This document shows, in pieces, positions 1 to 9,547 of a stretch of DNA of 64,000 bases. Source of the DNA: an uncultured Enterobacteriaceae bacterium (GTDB lineage Bacteria > Pseudomonadota > Gammaproteobacteria > Eutrophobiales > Eutrophobiaceae); the NCBI GenBank assembly GCA_964479045.1, contig CAYZJI010000006.1, forward strand, positions 80,241-144,240, given 5' to 3'. The notes below the pieces were generated by a model. It saw nothing but the letters and a program-made list of their open reading frames with translations. It was not told where the DNA came from and searched no databases. Position numbers and translations under genes: made by a program. Position 1 is the first letter of the stretch, and each line of letters opens with the position of its first letter.

Positions 1-261
1 GTCAATACCGAACAGCGCCAGTCATCCAACACCAATCAACTGATTTTTGATTGTTATTATCTGGTGGAATATCTCTCCACGGTGATGACGCTGGAGCCCG
101 GCGATATTGTTGCGACCGGGACCAGCAGCGGTGTCGGCGTGAAAATGAAACCGCGTGGTTACATGAAGGCCGGTGATGTAGTGCGGGTGGAAATCGAAAA
201 GATTGGTGCGCTGGAGAACCCGGTGATTAATGAACCTGGGGATACGAGGTTTGTTGAATAA
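1..261 (+). CDS. Fumarylacetoacetate hydrolase (FAH) family protein, C-terminal fragment (gene starts upstream of window)
   Basis: The ORF ends at 261. The translated C-terminus contains the GDIVATGTSSGVG block typical of FAH-family hydrolases/isomerases. No start codon appears in the window. Confidence 0.55.
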   Translation, partial: VNTEQRQSSNTNQLIFDCYYLVEYLSTVMTLEPGDIVATGTSSGVGVKMKPRGYMKAGDVVRVEIEKIGALENPVINEPGDTRFVE

Positions 262-284
262 ATCGAAGTGGTCTCAAAAATCAC

Positions 285-322
285 TACCCCCTCCCCTCGT
301 GGGAGGGGGTTAGGGGGAGGGT
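285..322. repeat. REP-like GC-rich palindrome (ccccctcccc-tcgt-gggagggggt)
   Basis: Perfect hairpin seen in the intergenic sequence. It is related to the ccctctccc/gggagaggg palindromes at 7.8, 15.8 and 51.3 kb. Confidence 0.6.
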
Positions 323-331
323 GTTGTATGT

Positions 332-925
332 TCAGTTATTAAATTGATCGATACTCACATCCTGCAATAAAACCTGCAAAACCTGCAACCGATCAATAGG
401 ATCATCTTTTTCCAGAAGAATCTGTTTGTCACTCATGTCCAGCGGTAACAACTCCGCCAGCCGGCAACTGACCCAGTTGGCATCGAGATAACGTTCTTTT
501 TCGGTAAGATGACTCAACCGGAAACGATCCGCAATCTGTTGCAGCAAGTCAGCCAGCAGTTGGAATTCCACAGGGAGTTCTTCGTCATCATATTCATCTA
601 TCAGTTCAATATCGCCTTCCTGTAAATTGTTTTTACGGATGCGCCTGTTGATTACCTGAAAGCGCCGGCCACCCTGCACAGTGATACCCAGCAACCCGTC
701 CTCATGCTGCTCCCAGTCAATAATGTGTGCGAGGGTGCCAACAGGATGAAACTCCGCCGGCACACCCACTTCGTTACCTTGCGTAATCAGACAAATCCCG
801 AACGGCGTTTGTGCGCGCATGCTTTCACTGACCATGTCGATATAGCGCGCTTCAAAAATCCGCAAAGGCAATATTCCTTCCGGAAACAGGACGGTATTCA
901 GTGGAAAGATCGGTATTGTATTCAA
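332..925 (-). CDS. LON substrate-binding (LON N-terminal) domain protein
   Basis: 197-aa ORF of the kind annotated 'ATP-dependent protease La (LON) domain protein'. Its N-terminus (PIFPLNTVLFPEGILPLRIFEARYIDMV) resembles the LON N-terminal domain. It overlaps the mpl stop by 4 nt, suggesting an operon. Confidence 0.6.
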   Translation of the reverse strand: MNTIPIFPLNTVLFPEGILPLRIFEARYIDMVSESMRAQTPFGICLITQGNEVGVPAEFHPVGTLAHIIDWEQHEDGLLGITVQGGRRFQVINRRIRKNNLQEGDIELIDEYDDEELPVEFQLLADLLQQIADRFRLSHLTEKERYLDANWVSCRLAELLPLDMSDKQILLEKDDPIDRLQVLQVLLQDVSIDQFNN

Positions 926-2283
926 CTCATGCTCCGCATGCGCTCAATCATCTTGAGCTGGATCCCTCCAAAACCGCCGTTACTCATGAAAACGATCTGA
1001 TCACCTGACTGTGTTTGTTTAATGGTGTATTCGATGATGGCGTCAATTGAATCAAACACCGCGCGCTTGCCTTCGATGCTCCGGGTTTGATCGGAAATAT
1101 TCCAACCGATGTTTGCCGGCTGATAAAAGATGACCTTGTCAGCTTCCTTGAAGGATCCGGCCAAGGTTTCCTTATGCACACCGAGTTTCATGGTGTTGGA
1201 TCGCGGTTCCATAATGGCGATGATCCGGTTTTTTCCGGCCCGGTGCCGTAATGCTGCCAGTGTTTCGCGGATGGCCGTTGGGTGATGTGCAAAATCATCA
1301 TAGACATGTATGCCTTTGACCTCTGCCAGATGTTCCAGCCGCCGTTTCACACTTTTGAATCCGGCCAGCGCTTCACACACTTCACCGGCCGTGATTCCGG
1401 CATGGGCAGCAGCAGCGGCCGCCGCCAGTGCATTGTAGGCATTATGCCGGCCGATTAAGTCCCAGCGCACGATACCGCCTGGCTGGTTATCAATCATGAT
1501 GTCAAACTCACTGAAATCATCCGCGAGCGGTTTGGCCTGCCAGCGGGCATCCCCCGCCCCGAAGTATTCCACCGGCGTCCAGCAGCCCATGGAAATAACC
1601 TTTTGAATTTCTTCATCATTTTCAAGAGCCACAATCAGGCCATGGTCTGGCACGATCCTGACTAAATGGTGGAATTCGCGTCTGATAGCTGCAATATCGG
1701 CGAAAATGTCAGCATGATCGAACTCAATATTATTGATAATCAGGGTTTTCGGGGAATAGTGGATGAATTTTGACCGTTTATCAAAAAATGCCGTGTCATA
1801 TTCGTCGGCTTCGATGACGAAATAGTCCTTGCGCCCCAACCGGGCTGAAATCCCGAAATTGGCCGGTATGCCACCCACCAGAAAGCCCGGATTCAGTCCG
1901 GCCTGCTCCAGTATCCAGGCCAGCATGGAGGTCGTCGTCGTCTTGCCATGCGTACCTGACACTGCCAGCACATGCCGGCCATGCAGAACATTATCATGCA
2001 GCCATTGCGGCCCGGACGTGTAACGCAGGCCATGATTGAGAATATATTCAACACACGCGTTACCGCGGCTCATGGCATTGCCGATGATCACTACATCCGG
2101 CGCCGGATCGAGTTGAGCGGGATCATAACCCTCTGTCAGTGTTATGCCCTGCTCCTGTAATTGCGTGCTCATAGGTGGATAGACATTGGCGTCCGATCCA
2201 CTCACCTCATAACCCAGTTCACGCGCAAGTAACGCAATGCCGCCCATGAAGGTGCCGCAAATTCCGAGGATATGAACTCTCAT
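922..2283 (-). CDS. mpl: UDP-N-acetylmuramate:L-alanyl-gamma-D-glutamyl-meso-diaminopimelate ligase (murein peptide ligase)
   Basis: From the internal Met the protein begins MRVHILGICGTFMGGIALLARELGYEVSGSDANVYPPMSTQLQEQGITL, a canonical Mpl N-terminus, followed by Mur ligase motifs (GTHGKTTTTSM). The 162 aa upstream in the 615-aa track ORF are spurious because a separate membrane-protein gene occupies another frame there. Confidence 0.85.
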   Translation of the reverse strand: MRVHILGICGTFMGGIALLARELGYEVSGSDANVYPPMSTQLQEQGITLTEGYDPAQLDPAPDVVIIGNAMSRGNACVEYILNHGLRYTSGPQWLHDNVLHGRHVLAVSGTHGKTTTTSMLAWILEQAGLNPGFLVGGIPANFGISARLGRKDYFVIEADEYDTAFFDKRSKFIHYSPKTLIINNIEFDHADIFADIAAIRREFHHLVRIVPDHGLIVALENDEEIQKVISMGCWTPVEYFGAGDARWQAKPLADDFSEFDIMIDNQPGGIVRWDLIGRHNAYNALAAAAAAAHAGITAGEVCEALAGFKSVKRRLEHLAEVKGIHVYDDFAHHPTAIRETLAALRHRAGKNRIIAIMEPRSNTMKLGVHKETLAGSFKEADKVIFYQPANIGWNISDQTRSIEGKRAVFDSIDAIIEYTIKQTQSGDQIVFMSNGGFGGIQLKMIERMRSMS

Positions 2284-2813
2284 AATGCACCCGTTTCTGG
2301 CAAGGTGACACTGATCAGCATAGACGTTATCAGGATATAAATGATCGCAAATATCACACCTGCCCCCAATGAAGTGTCCAGTGCATGCCGAAGGATATGG
2401 CCCATAATTACTACATTCCACACCAGCAACAATAGATAGAACAGTAAGATCAGGGATTGTATTGCGCCCGTTACCGGCTCCAGCATACCTGCAAGAAACA
2501 AGGGAATGGCCACCACACTGACAATACAACCTGTCCCGGCCAAGGCAATCAGGGTTTTCACTGTACGCCCGGGATGTTTGTTCAATCTCAGGATGGCGTA
2601 TGTGATGAGGATCATCAGCGTCGTTTCCAGCACTGCTGAAAATATTGCATGATCCAAACCTGCTGATGTCCATAACAACAGGATATTGATCAATGTATAA
2701 ATAATGAGAAAAAGCGCGAGCAGTTCCTGTGAATGCGGCAGATCCTGTGGCTTTCTTTTCAACAGGCACATTTCAAAAAACGTGCGAAACAGCGTGAAAA
2801 TGGCTTGTATCAT
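2280..2813 (-). CDS. Hypothetical polytopic inner-membrane protein (Yip1-like topology)
   Basis: 177-aa ORF that is very hydrophobic with several predicted transmembrane segments. Its stop overlaps the mpl ATG (ATGA overlap). It is encoded in a different frame from the spurious mpl extension. Confidence 0.5.
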   Translation of the reverse strand: MIQAIFTLFRTFFEMCLLKRKPQDLPHSQELLALFLIIYTLINILLLWTSAGLDHAIFSAVLETTLMILITYAILRLNKHPGRTVKTLIALAGTGCIVSVVAIPLFLAGMLEPVTGAIQSLILLFYLLLLVWNVVIMGHILRHALDTSLGAGVIFAIIYILITSMLISVTLPETGAL

Positions 2814-2822
2814 CCGGATACC

Positions 2823-3989
2823 TTACAAACGGTCCCGGTAATGGGCATAGGTATATTCCTTGATAAGTTCCACCTCACCCTCTGTATGCAAGGTATAAAT
2901 GTTTGGAAGATTAATGCCGTTGAACATACTGGCCTTGACCAGCATATAAGCGCCCATGTTGGCAATGATGATCCGGCTGCCGATGTCTAATGGCCGATCA
3001 AATGAATAATCCCCGAACAAATCGCCGCTGAGGCAACTGGCGCCTGCAAGCCGGTAGGCATACTGGCCGGTGCGGGACTCATTTAATATCAACGGCCGGT
3101 ACTGATATTCAAAAATCTCCGGCAGATGATTCACCGTAGTATCCAGCACGGCGATGGTTTTGTCCCCGGACGCAAACAAATCAATTACGCTCGCCACCAG
3201 ATATCCGGCACTGCCCACGATGCCCTTGCCCGGTTCAAAAAACACATTCAGGCCAAATCCCTGTTGAAGACCAGTCACCACTCCGGTGAGCACATCAAGC
3301 TGGCTGCGGTTTTCGATCAGATAACCACCGCCGAGATTAAGCCATTGCAATTTTTTCAGCCTGTGCGGGAGATGCGTCCGGAGTTGTTCTATTGTCTGCT
3401 CAAGCTGCCCGAAATCACGGGCCTCACAATTATTATGCACATGCAAACCGCTGATGCCACCCCATGTTTGATCATCTGCGGCAGCCATCTGTTCTAGCGG
3501 CACACCCAGCTTGGATGCAGGACGGCACGGGTCATAACGTTCATCCCGCACAAATGACATACCGGGATTAATACGCAAGCCGCATCGAACGTTTCCGGCG
3601 TAAGCCTTGCAACGTTGCCACTGGGTCAGAGAGTTGAAACTGATGTAATCACAATTTTCTGCAAGTCCCGGCATATCACGGATCGTGATGCCCGGCGTAG
3701 CGAGGTGAACCGTGCCCTGCTCTCCGAGGATTTCACGCGCCAGCCGTGCTTCAAACAATGAACTCACGGAAAAGCCGTCCACATGCGGTGCAATAGAACG
3801 CAATAACGCGCCATGAGAAAGTGCTTTGATGGAATACAGGACATGGCAGCCGCTCTGCTGGCGCACGGCATTGAGCATCTGCAGCCGCTCCACTATGGCC
3901 GCACTGTCATAGACAAAAGCCGGCGTCACCAGCGTGCTGCTGGTCCACAACGGCAAAAGGCGATTATTGAACGTTTGTGCGGCGGTCAT
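2823..3989 (-). CDS. nspC: Carboxynorspermidine/carboxyspermidine decarboxylase (NspC-like, alanine-racemase-fold PLP decarboxylase)
   Basis: 388 aa. The blocks LYSIKALS..., GLRINPGMSF and ASCLSGDLF parallel Vibrio NspC (LALKCFS..., GLRLNPGVSY, CSCLAGDQF). Confidence 0.7.
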   Translation of the reverse strand: MTAAQTFNNRLLPLWTSSTLVTPAFVYDSAAIVERLQMLNAVRQQSGCHVLYSIKALSHGALLRSIAPHVDGFSVSSLFEARLAREILGEQGTVHLATPGITIRDMPGLAENCDYISFNSLTQWQRCKAYAGNVRCGLRINPGMSFVRDERYDPCRPASKLGVPLEQMAAADDQTWGGISGLHVHNNCEARDFGQLEQTIEQLRTHLPHRLKKLQWLNLGGGYLIENRSQLDVLTGVVTGLQQGFGLNVFFEPGKGIVGSAGYLVASVIDLFASGDKTIAVLDTTVNHLPEIFEYQYRPLILNESRTGQYAYRLAGASCLSGDLFGDYSFDRPLDIGSRIIIANMGAYMLVKASMFNGINLPNIYTLHTEGEVELIKEYTYAHYRDRL

Positions 3990-4064
3990 GGTCTATGCTG
4001 TGTTGACTCCGGATCTCATTGCCGGTTACTTTAACCAACTTCAAAAAACACAGAATAACAAAAT

Positions 4065-4577
4065 ATGATTAAGCCTTTTACCCCTGATTCACTCCGTTAC
4101 CCGTTATTTTTGCTGGCCCTTGGTCTTTCCGGGCACGCCTTGACAGAAGAAGTTGAAGGACTGGAAGTCCCGCAAATGCCTCAGGAGATGTATATCACCC
4201 CGGACAAGATGACCAGTGAAGACCGCATGCTGCTGTCTGAATACTCAGGTAGTTATAACAGCTGCCTGACGGGAGTCTCCATGCAACAGATGGAAGTCCA
4301 GGCGGATGCCCGTAATGTTGTTGATTATGCGATGAAGGAATGTGCAGTAAAACTGGAAGAGTTAGACCAGAAAATGATTGAGCGGAATTTTGAACCTAAT
4401 TTCCGGATGGGTTATTTACACATGGTCAGCAACAAGGGGGCGAATAACGTCCTGCGCAGTGTGATGATGGGAATGGCAACACGGCCAGCACCTGCAGAAC
4501 CTGCGTCTGAAGCAGAAGCCGCTCCGGAAACAACCGTACCGGAAGTGCGCCAGGTCACCGGCCCGAAACCGGAATAA
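4065..4577 (+). CDS. Hypothetical secreted protein (N-terminal signal peptide, Ala/Pro/Glu-rich C-terminus)
   Basis: 170-aa ORF. It has a hydrophobic N-terminal segment (LFLLALGLSGHA) consistent with a signal peptide. I recognise no family. Confidence 0.4.
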   Translation: MIKPFTPDSLRYPLFLLALGLSGHALTEEVEGLEVPQMPQEMYITPDKMTSEDRMLLSEYSGSYNSCLTGVSMQQMEVQADARNVVDYAMKECAVKLEELDQKMIERNFEPNFRMGYLHMVSNKGANNVLRSVMMGMATRPAPAEPASEAEAAPETTVPEVRQVTGPKPE

Positions 4578-4580
4578 TTT

Positions 4581-5063
4581 TTATCTAAAATCTGGGAAGA
4601 TATAAGGTGCGAACTGCCGCAATGCTGTTTCGTACACATTACGCTTGAAAGCCACCACTTGCTGCACCGGATCCCAGTAATCGATCCAGCACCAGCTGTC
4701 GAACTCGGGTTTTTTGCTGGCATCCAGTTTCACCCGGCTTTCATCCGTGATGAGTTTTAACAGAAACCAGATCTGCTTCTGACCGATACACACCGGCAAG
4801 GTGTTCTGCCGGATATATTTTTTGGGCAACCAGTAACGCAACCAGTCATCGGTGCTGGCGACGATTTCCACATCTTCCGGCATGAGGCCGATTTCCTCAC
4901 GCAACTCGCGATACATGGCGACTTCCACATCTTCATTCTTTTTGATGCCACCCTGTGGAAACTGCCATGCATCCATGCCGGCACGGCGCGCCCACAGCAG
5001 CTTACCCTGCCCGTTGCTGAGCAGGATGCCGACATTTGCACGAAAGCCTTCTGAGTCAATCAT
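4581..5063 (-). CDS. rppH: RNA pyrophosphohydrolase (Nudix)
   Basis: From the internal Met, [15 protein letters not shown]...WQFPQGGI...REEIGL...[11 protein letters not shown]...SWCWIDYW aligns along its whole length with E. coli RppH, including the Nudix box. The ATG at 5063 was verified in the sequence. Confidence 0.85.
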   Translation of the reverse strand: MIDSEGFRANVGILLSNGQGKLLWARRAGMDAWQFPQGGIKKNEDVEVAMYRELREEIGLMPEDVEIVASTDDWLRYWLPKKYIRQNTLPVCIGQKQIWFLLKLITDESRVKLDASKKPEFDSWCWIDYWDPVQQVVAFKRNVYETALRQFAPYIFPDFR

Positions 5064-5207
5064 GACCAAAAACCCAATAATTCGAATGACCCGGATTTTT
5101 TCAAAAAATACCCCTGTCCGCAATGATAAACCGGGTCCAGCATCCGACAGATTTTACCTTTTTCTGGAATGCACCTAGACTAGCCCGCTTTTAGTGCGGA
5201 ACAACCG

Positions 5208-5861
5208 ATGAAACTGGCCATCTTCGATCTCGATAACACCCTTATGGGCGGTGACAGCGACTACCTGTGGGGACAGTTTCTGGCCGAAAGTGGCCACGTG
5301 GATGGCGTGGTTCGCCAGCAAAAGAACCGTTATTACTACGAGGAATACAAGGAGGGCCGGCTGGATATCCACGATTTTCTGAATTTTCAGTTACAACCAC
5401 TGGCCGGCGTCGATCCGGACATCCTGCACCAGCGGCGCGCAGAATATATCGATGCAAAAATTCGCCCGATCCTGCTGCCGAAAGCAATCAAGCTCATTAA
5501 TGATCACCGTGAAAAAGGACATGAACTGTTGATCATCACCGCGACCAACCGTTTTATTACTCAACCGATTGCCGAACTCTTCGGCATCAAACATCTGATT
5601 GCATCCGAAGCCGAGATCAAGGATGGACGTTACACCGGCAAGGCCATCGATATTCCTTCCTATGCCGAAGGCAAAGTCACACGCCTGAATGCATGGCTCA
5701 AGAAAAATAAACTCCAGCCGGATGAAACCTGGTTTTACAGCGATTCACACAACGATCTGCCTTTGCTCAGAATCGTCGATCATCCCGTCGCCGTCGATCC
5801 GGATGAGATATTGAAAAAAGAAGCAGAACAACAAGGCTGGCCGATGATTAGTTTGCGGTGA
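5208..5861 (+). CDS. HAD-IB family hydrolase (SerB-like phosphatase fold)
   Basis: It begins with the DxD motif of HAD phosphatases (MKLAIFDLDNTL) and has the HAD motifs II-IV (LIITATN..., DSHNDLPLL). It is divergent from rppH. Confidence 0.7.
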   Translation: MKLAIFDLDNTLMGGDSDYLWGQFLAESGHVDGVVRQQKNRYYYEEYKEGRLDIHDFLNFQLQPLAGVDPDILHQRRAEYIDAKIRPILLPKAIKLINDHREKGHELLIITATNRFITQPIAELFGIKHLIASEAEIKDGRYTGKAIDIPSYAEGKVTRLNAWLKKNKLQPDETWFYSDSHNDLPLLRIVDHPVAVDPDEILKKEAEQQGWPMISLR

Positions 5862-5966
5862 GTTCCTTCACTTCCTCTAAACAGGTTATATACTCCATTA
5901 ATAGCTCGAGTTTATGATATTTAATGAGTACTTCATTATTATTTGCTTTAATGGAAAATTCGTAAC

Positions 5967-6629
5967 ATGGAAAAATATACTGATATAGAAAAAGCAAACA
6001 TAAACTTCTATGGCAATGCTGTAAGTTATTCCATGCGAATTGATGAAGTAAAATCATTTTTAAATGAAATTCATAACTTTATTGAAAAGACGAATAAACA
6101 TCTAAAGAAAATTAAAACTAAAAAAATTGATCCCGATGCTCTAGAAGATTTAAAATATCATTTTGAGTATACGCACGGAGATATTTTAAGAAAATCGATC
6201 ATCATCTCGATCATTATAATACTATCTTCGGAATTAAATAATTATTGCAATGATTTTAAAAAACATAAAAAATTAAAAATAAACTATAAAGATTTTAAAG
6301 GTGACTTGCTAGAAAGATTTAAAAATTATTGCTTAAAAGTTCTAGATATTAATCTTGACTTTGAATCTGATATTTGGAAAGACATTGCTAGCATATACGA
6401 AATTCGTAATTGCTTAATTCACAATGATGGCTGTTTAAATAATTTCATTAAACGCAATCTTATTGAAGATTTTGCAAAAAGACATAACTCACCTGAAATC
6501 ATACTTGATGATTATTTAGATATTACGAATCAAGTATGCCTCGAATCTATCAGCACTGTAGAAAAATTTCTCGATATCCTTACGTTCATTGCTTTTGAAC
6601 ATTTCCCCGGAAATTATGGTGGGAAATAA
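5967..6629 (+). CDS. HEPN-like (R-x4-H motif) protein in an AT-rich islet; candidate abortive-infection/RNase toxin
   Basis: 220-aa ORF filling a strongly AT-rich insertion. A C-terminal EIRNCLIHNDG segment fits the Rx4-6H HEPN catalytic motif. Lys/Asn/Ile-rich codon usage differs from the neighbouring genes. No homolog was recognised by memory. Confidence 0.4.
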   Translation: MEKYTDIEKANINFYGNAVSYSMRIDEVKSFLNEIHNFIEKTNKHLKKIKTKKIDPDALEDLKYHFEYTHGDILRKSIIISIIIILSSELNNYCNDFKKHKKLKINYKDFKGDLLERFKNYCLKVLDINLDFESDIWKDIASIYEIRNCLIHNDGCLNNFIKRNLIEDFAKRHNSPEIILDDYLDITNQVCLESISTVEKFLDILTFIAFEHFPGNYGGK

Positions 6630-6743
6630 GGTACGGTAACTATAGGAGTCAAATTGATTAATTTTTAAACCGGTCAAACAAGAAAGCCACTTATAATAAT
6701 AAAGGGGCCGGAGTGATTTATTTTTGACCAGTTAAATTTATAA

Positions 6744-6770
6744 ACAAAAAAGCCACTCATTGAGTGGCTT
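6744..6770 (-). terminator. Rho-independent terminator of mdh (hairpin agccactc-attg-agtggct followed by a T-run on the minus strand)
   Basis: A perfect 8-bp stem is flanked by an A7 run on the plus strand. It lies 27 nt downstream of the mdh stop. Confidence 0.65.
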
Positions 6771-6796
6771 CTTCATTTACATCAAAAACAATTCTG

Positions 6797-7777
6797 TTAT
6801 TTCAGAATTTTTGCTACGGCATCCCGTTCTTCTTCGAGTTCCTTCTGCGTGGCCGCCATTTTGGCTTTGCTGAAGTCGTCGATCTTCAAGCCCTGCACGA
6901 TCGAGTAATCGCCGTTCTTGCAGGTAACCGGAAAAGAATACATCAGTCCTTTCGGAATACCATAACTGCCATCACTGGCGACCGCCATGCTGACCCAGTC
7001 ATCTTTGGGTGTACCCAGCACCCAGTCATGCATGTGATTGATAGCACCGTTCGCTGCTGAGGCTGCACTGGATGCGCCGCGTGCGGCAATAATTTCTGCA
7101 CCACGTTTGGCGACACGCGGAATAAATTCATTTTCATACCAGCCGCGATCAACCATGCCGCTGGCCGCTTTACCGGCAACCGTGGTGTTGCTGATGTCCG
7201 GATATTGTGTAGTGGAATGATTGCCCCAGATGGTCATCTTTTTAATGTCACTGACTTTTGATCCGGTCTTGGCAGCGAGTTGTGCGAGCGCACGATTGTG
7301 ATCGAGGCGGGTCATTGCAGAAAAATTACGCGGGCTGATGTCCGGTGCACTGACCATCGCGGTATGGGCATTGGTGTTCGCAGGATTACCCACCACCAGC
7401 ACTTTCACATTCCGATCTGCATTGTCATTGATCGCCTTGCCCTGCACCTTGAAGATGCCGCCATTGGCTTCAAGCAGATCGCTGCGTTCCATGCCGGGGC
7501 CGCGTGGTTTCGCACCGACAAGTAATGCATAGTTGACATCCTTGAAAGCCTTGTTCACATCATCGGTGAGCACACAACCGGCCAGCAAGGGAAAGGCACA
7601 ATCATCCAGTTCCATGGCCACACCTTCCAGCATTTTCATGGCCGGTGTAACTTCCAGCATTTGCAGTATTACAGGTTGATCCTTGCCGAGCATTTCGCCA
7701 GCGGCAATGCGGAACAGGAGTGCATAGCCGATCTGCCCTGCAGCGCCGGTCACAGCTACACGTACGGGTGCTTTCAT
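6797..7777 (-). CDS. mdh: Malate dehydrogenase (NAD), LDH-like MDH type 2
   Basis: It has a [22 protein letters not shown] Rossmann motif and an MDH catalytic region (...GNPANTNA... MTRLDHNRA ... IWGNHS). The start was chosen at the second ATG (7777), which follows a GGAG Shine-Dalgarno. The track ORF starts at 7792. Confidence 0.85.
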   Translation of the reverse strand: MKAPVRVAVTGAAGQIGYALLFRIAAGEMLGKDQPVILQMLEVTPAMKMLEGVAMELDDCAFPLLAGCVLTDDVNKAFKDVNYALLVGAKPRGPGMERSDLLEANGGIFKVQGKAINDNADRNVKVLVVGNPANTNAHTAMVSAPDISPRNFSAMTRLDHNRALAQLAAKTGSKVSDIKKMTIWGNHSTTQYPDISNTTVAGKAASGMVDRGWYENEFIPRVAKRGAEIIAARGASSAASAANGAINHMHDWVLGTPKDDWVSMAVASDGSYGIPKGLMYSFPVTCKNGDYSIVQGLKIDDFSKAKMAATQKELEEERDAVAKILK

Positions 7778-7818
7778 ATTGTTATTCTCCACTAACTTGT
7801 AAAGTTTTAATTGTTATT

Positions 7819-7890
7819 CCCCCTCACCCCAACCCTCTCCCACAGGGAGAGGGTCAGAGCCTGCCCTGTACTTGATACGGGGGTGAGGGC
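7819..7890. repeat. REP-like nested palindrome (cccctcacccc ... ccctctccc-acag-ggagaggg ... gggggtgaggg)
   Basis: Inverted repeats seen directly in the sequence between mdh and gltA. It is the same core as the repeats at 15.8 and 51.3 kb. Confidence 0.65.
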
Positions 7891-7895
7891 ATTAA

Positions 7896-9191
7896 TTAAC
7901 CACGTTTATCCATCGGCACGTAATCACGTTGTTGACTACCGATGTACAACTGGCGTGGACGGCCGATGCGGAAGTCCGGATCGACCATCATTTCCATCCA
8001 TTGTGATATCCAACCGGCCGATCTGGCAAGTGCAAACATCACGGTGTACATGGCCGTCGGGATGCCCAGTGCCTTGAGGATAATGCCGGAATAAAAATCC
8101 ACGTTCGGATACAACTTGCGTTCTATGAAATAGTCGTCTTTGAGTGCAATTTGCTCAAGTTCCATCGCAATATCAAACAAGGGCTGGTCAACTGTATCCA
8201 CTTCCTGCAACAAATCGTGACAGGCCTGACGAATGATGGTCGCGCGCGGATCGTAGTTTTTGTAGACGCGATGACCAAAGCCCATGAGCCGGAACGGATC
8301 GTTTTTGTCCTTGGCCCGGGCGATGTATTGCGGAATGTTTTTCGGGTCCTTGATTTCCATCAGCATGCGCAGTACCGCCTCATTGGCGCCGCCATGGGCC
8401 CGGCCCCAGAGTGTCACGATGCCGGCCGCAATACAGGCAAACGGATTGGCTTCGGCACTGCCCGCCAGACGCACCGTGGAAGTTGATGCGTTCTGTTCAT
8501 GATCGGCATGCAGGATCAGTAATAAATCCAGCGCCCGGATGGCGGTCGGGTTCGGCACATAAGCGCGGTTCGGCAGGGAGAACATCATGTTAAGAAAATT
8601 ATGAACATAACCGAGGTCATCACGCGAATACACAAACGGATGGCCCATCGCATGTTTATAACAATGCGCCGCGAGGATCGGCATTTTGGCAATCACGCGG
8701 ATAGCCGTGAGGTTGCGGTCCGCCGGATCATTAATGTCCAGCGCTTCATGATAATAAGAGGACAACGCCCCGGTAATACCAACCAGGATGGACATCGGAT
8801 GGGCATCGTAGCGATAACCGGTGTAAAAACGTTCCAGATGTTCGTGCACCAGATTGCGCATGTTGAGATCGGCGCGGAATTGATCATATTGCTCGCGGGT
8901 GGGCAAATCACCATAAAGCAGCAGGTAGCAGACTTCCAGATAGGTGCTGTGTTTGGCCAGTTGCTCGATGGGATAACCCCGGTGCAGCAAGATGCCCTTA
9001 TCGCCGTCCAGATAGGTGATGGCGCTGCGGCATGCGGCGGTGGTCATGAAACCGGGGTCGAACGTAAACAGGCCCAGCTCGCTGTTGAGCGATTTGGTAT
9101 CGATCACCGGTGCGCCATAAGCGCCTTCAATCACCGGGCATTCCAGCTTTTTGCCGGTTTTATTGTCAATAATCGTCACGGTATGAGTCAT
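7896..9191 (-). CDS. gltA: Citrate synthase (type II, hexameric)
   Basis: 431 aa. [14 protein letters not shown] and other citrate synthase signature blocks are present. It is divergent from sucA. Confidence 0.9.
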   Translation of the reverse strand: MTHTVTIIDNKTGKKLECPVIEGAYGAPVIDTKSLNSELGLFTFDPGFMTTAACRSAITYLDGDKGILLHRGYPIEQLAKHSTYLEVCYLLLYGDLPTREQYDQFRADLNMRNLVHEHLERFYTGYRYDAHPMSILVGITGALSSYYHEALDINDPADRNLTAIRVIAKMPILAAHCYKHAMGHPFVYSRDDLGYVHNFLNMMFSLPNRAYVPNPTAIRALDLLLILHADHEQNASTSTVRLAGSAEANPFACIAAGIVTLWGRAHGGANEAVLRMLMEIKDPKNIPQYIARAKDKNDPFRLMGFGHRVYKNYDPRATIIRQACHDLLQEVDTVDQPLFDIAMELEQIALKDDYFIERKLYPNVDFYSGIILKALGIPTAMYTVMFALARSAGWISQWMEMMVDPDFRIGRPRQLYIGSQQRDYVPMDKRG

Positions 9192-9278
9192 TAATCATCT
9201 CCCTGGTCGCATTACTGTCTGGAGTACAGTTGGATCTTCTTGGTTTTGCTGACGACGTACCCGGATTGCCCGGGTATA

Positions 9279-9547
9279 TAGAACCTATCTCAAGATTAAA
9301 CGTGCGTGCGTTGCAGACCCAAAAAGCGTGGATTGCAGGCGCGAGGCGCAGGCCATGTGTCAACCTGGGCAAGCCGAGTAACGCCCAAGCCGCGCTTTTT
9401 GGGCGCAACCCAAAGGGACGGGGCTATTTTCACGCCTGCCATTGTCGCTTGTCGCTCATGGGCAATAAGCCAATCTCGCTCCGCGCTTCGCGGCCGGCGC
9501 GAAAATAACCGCCGTCGCACACGCGTTTAATCTTGAGATAGGTTCTG
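9279..9547. mobile_element. MITE-like non-autonomous element with ~23-bp perfect terminal inverted repeats (agaacctatctcaagattaaacg)
   Basis: Left end 9279-9309 and right end 9516-9547 are perfect reverse complements over 23 bp and imperfect over about 30 bp. The roughly 210-bp interior contains further inverted repeats (gacccaaaaagcg / cgctttttgggc) and no long ORF. Confidence 0.55.

Noticed and set aside
922-2769. 615-aa ORF suggesting a very long Mpl with a 162-aa N-terminal extension
   Set aside because: The extension (Cys/Gly/Arg-rich, low complexity) has no Mur ligase similarity. Canonical Mpl begins at the internal MRVHILGICG (ATG at 2283). A hydrophobic 177-aa membrane protein is encoded in another frame over the same DNA (2280-2813) and overlaps the mpl start by ATGA. 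The extension is therefore a read-through artefact.
5848-6057. 69-aa minus-strand ORF overlapping the 5' end of the HEPN-like gene in the AT-rich islet
   Set aside because: It is the only place where an antitoxin-like partner might be encoded. However, it overlaps the start of the better-supported plus-strand ORF. It is rich in Leu/Phe from AT-rich antisense codons and has no RBS. It is flagged as unlikely but worth a Ribo-seq look.
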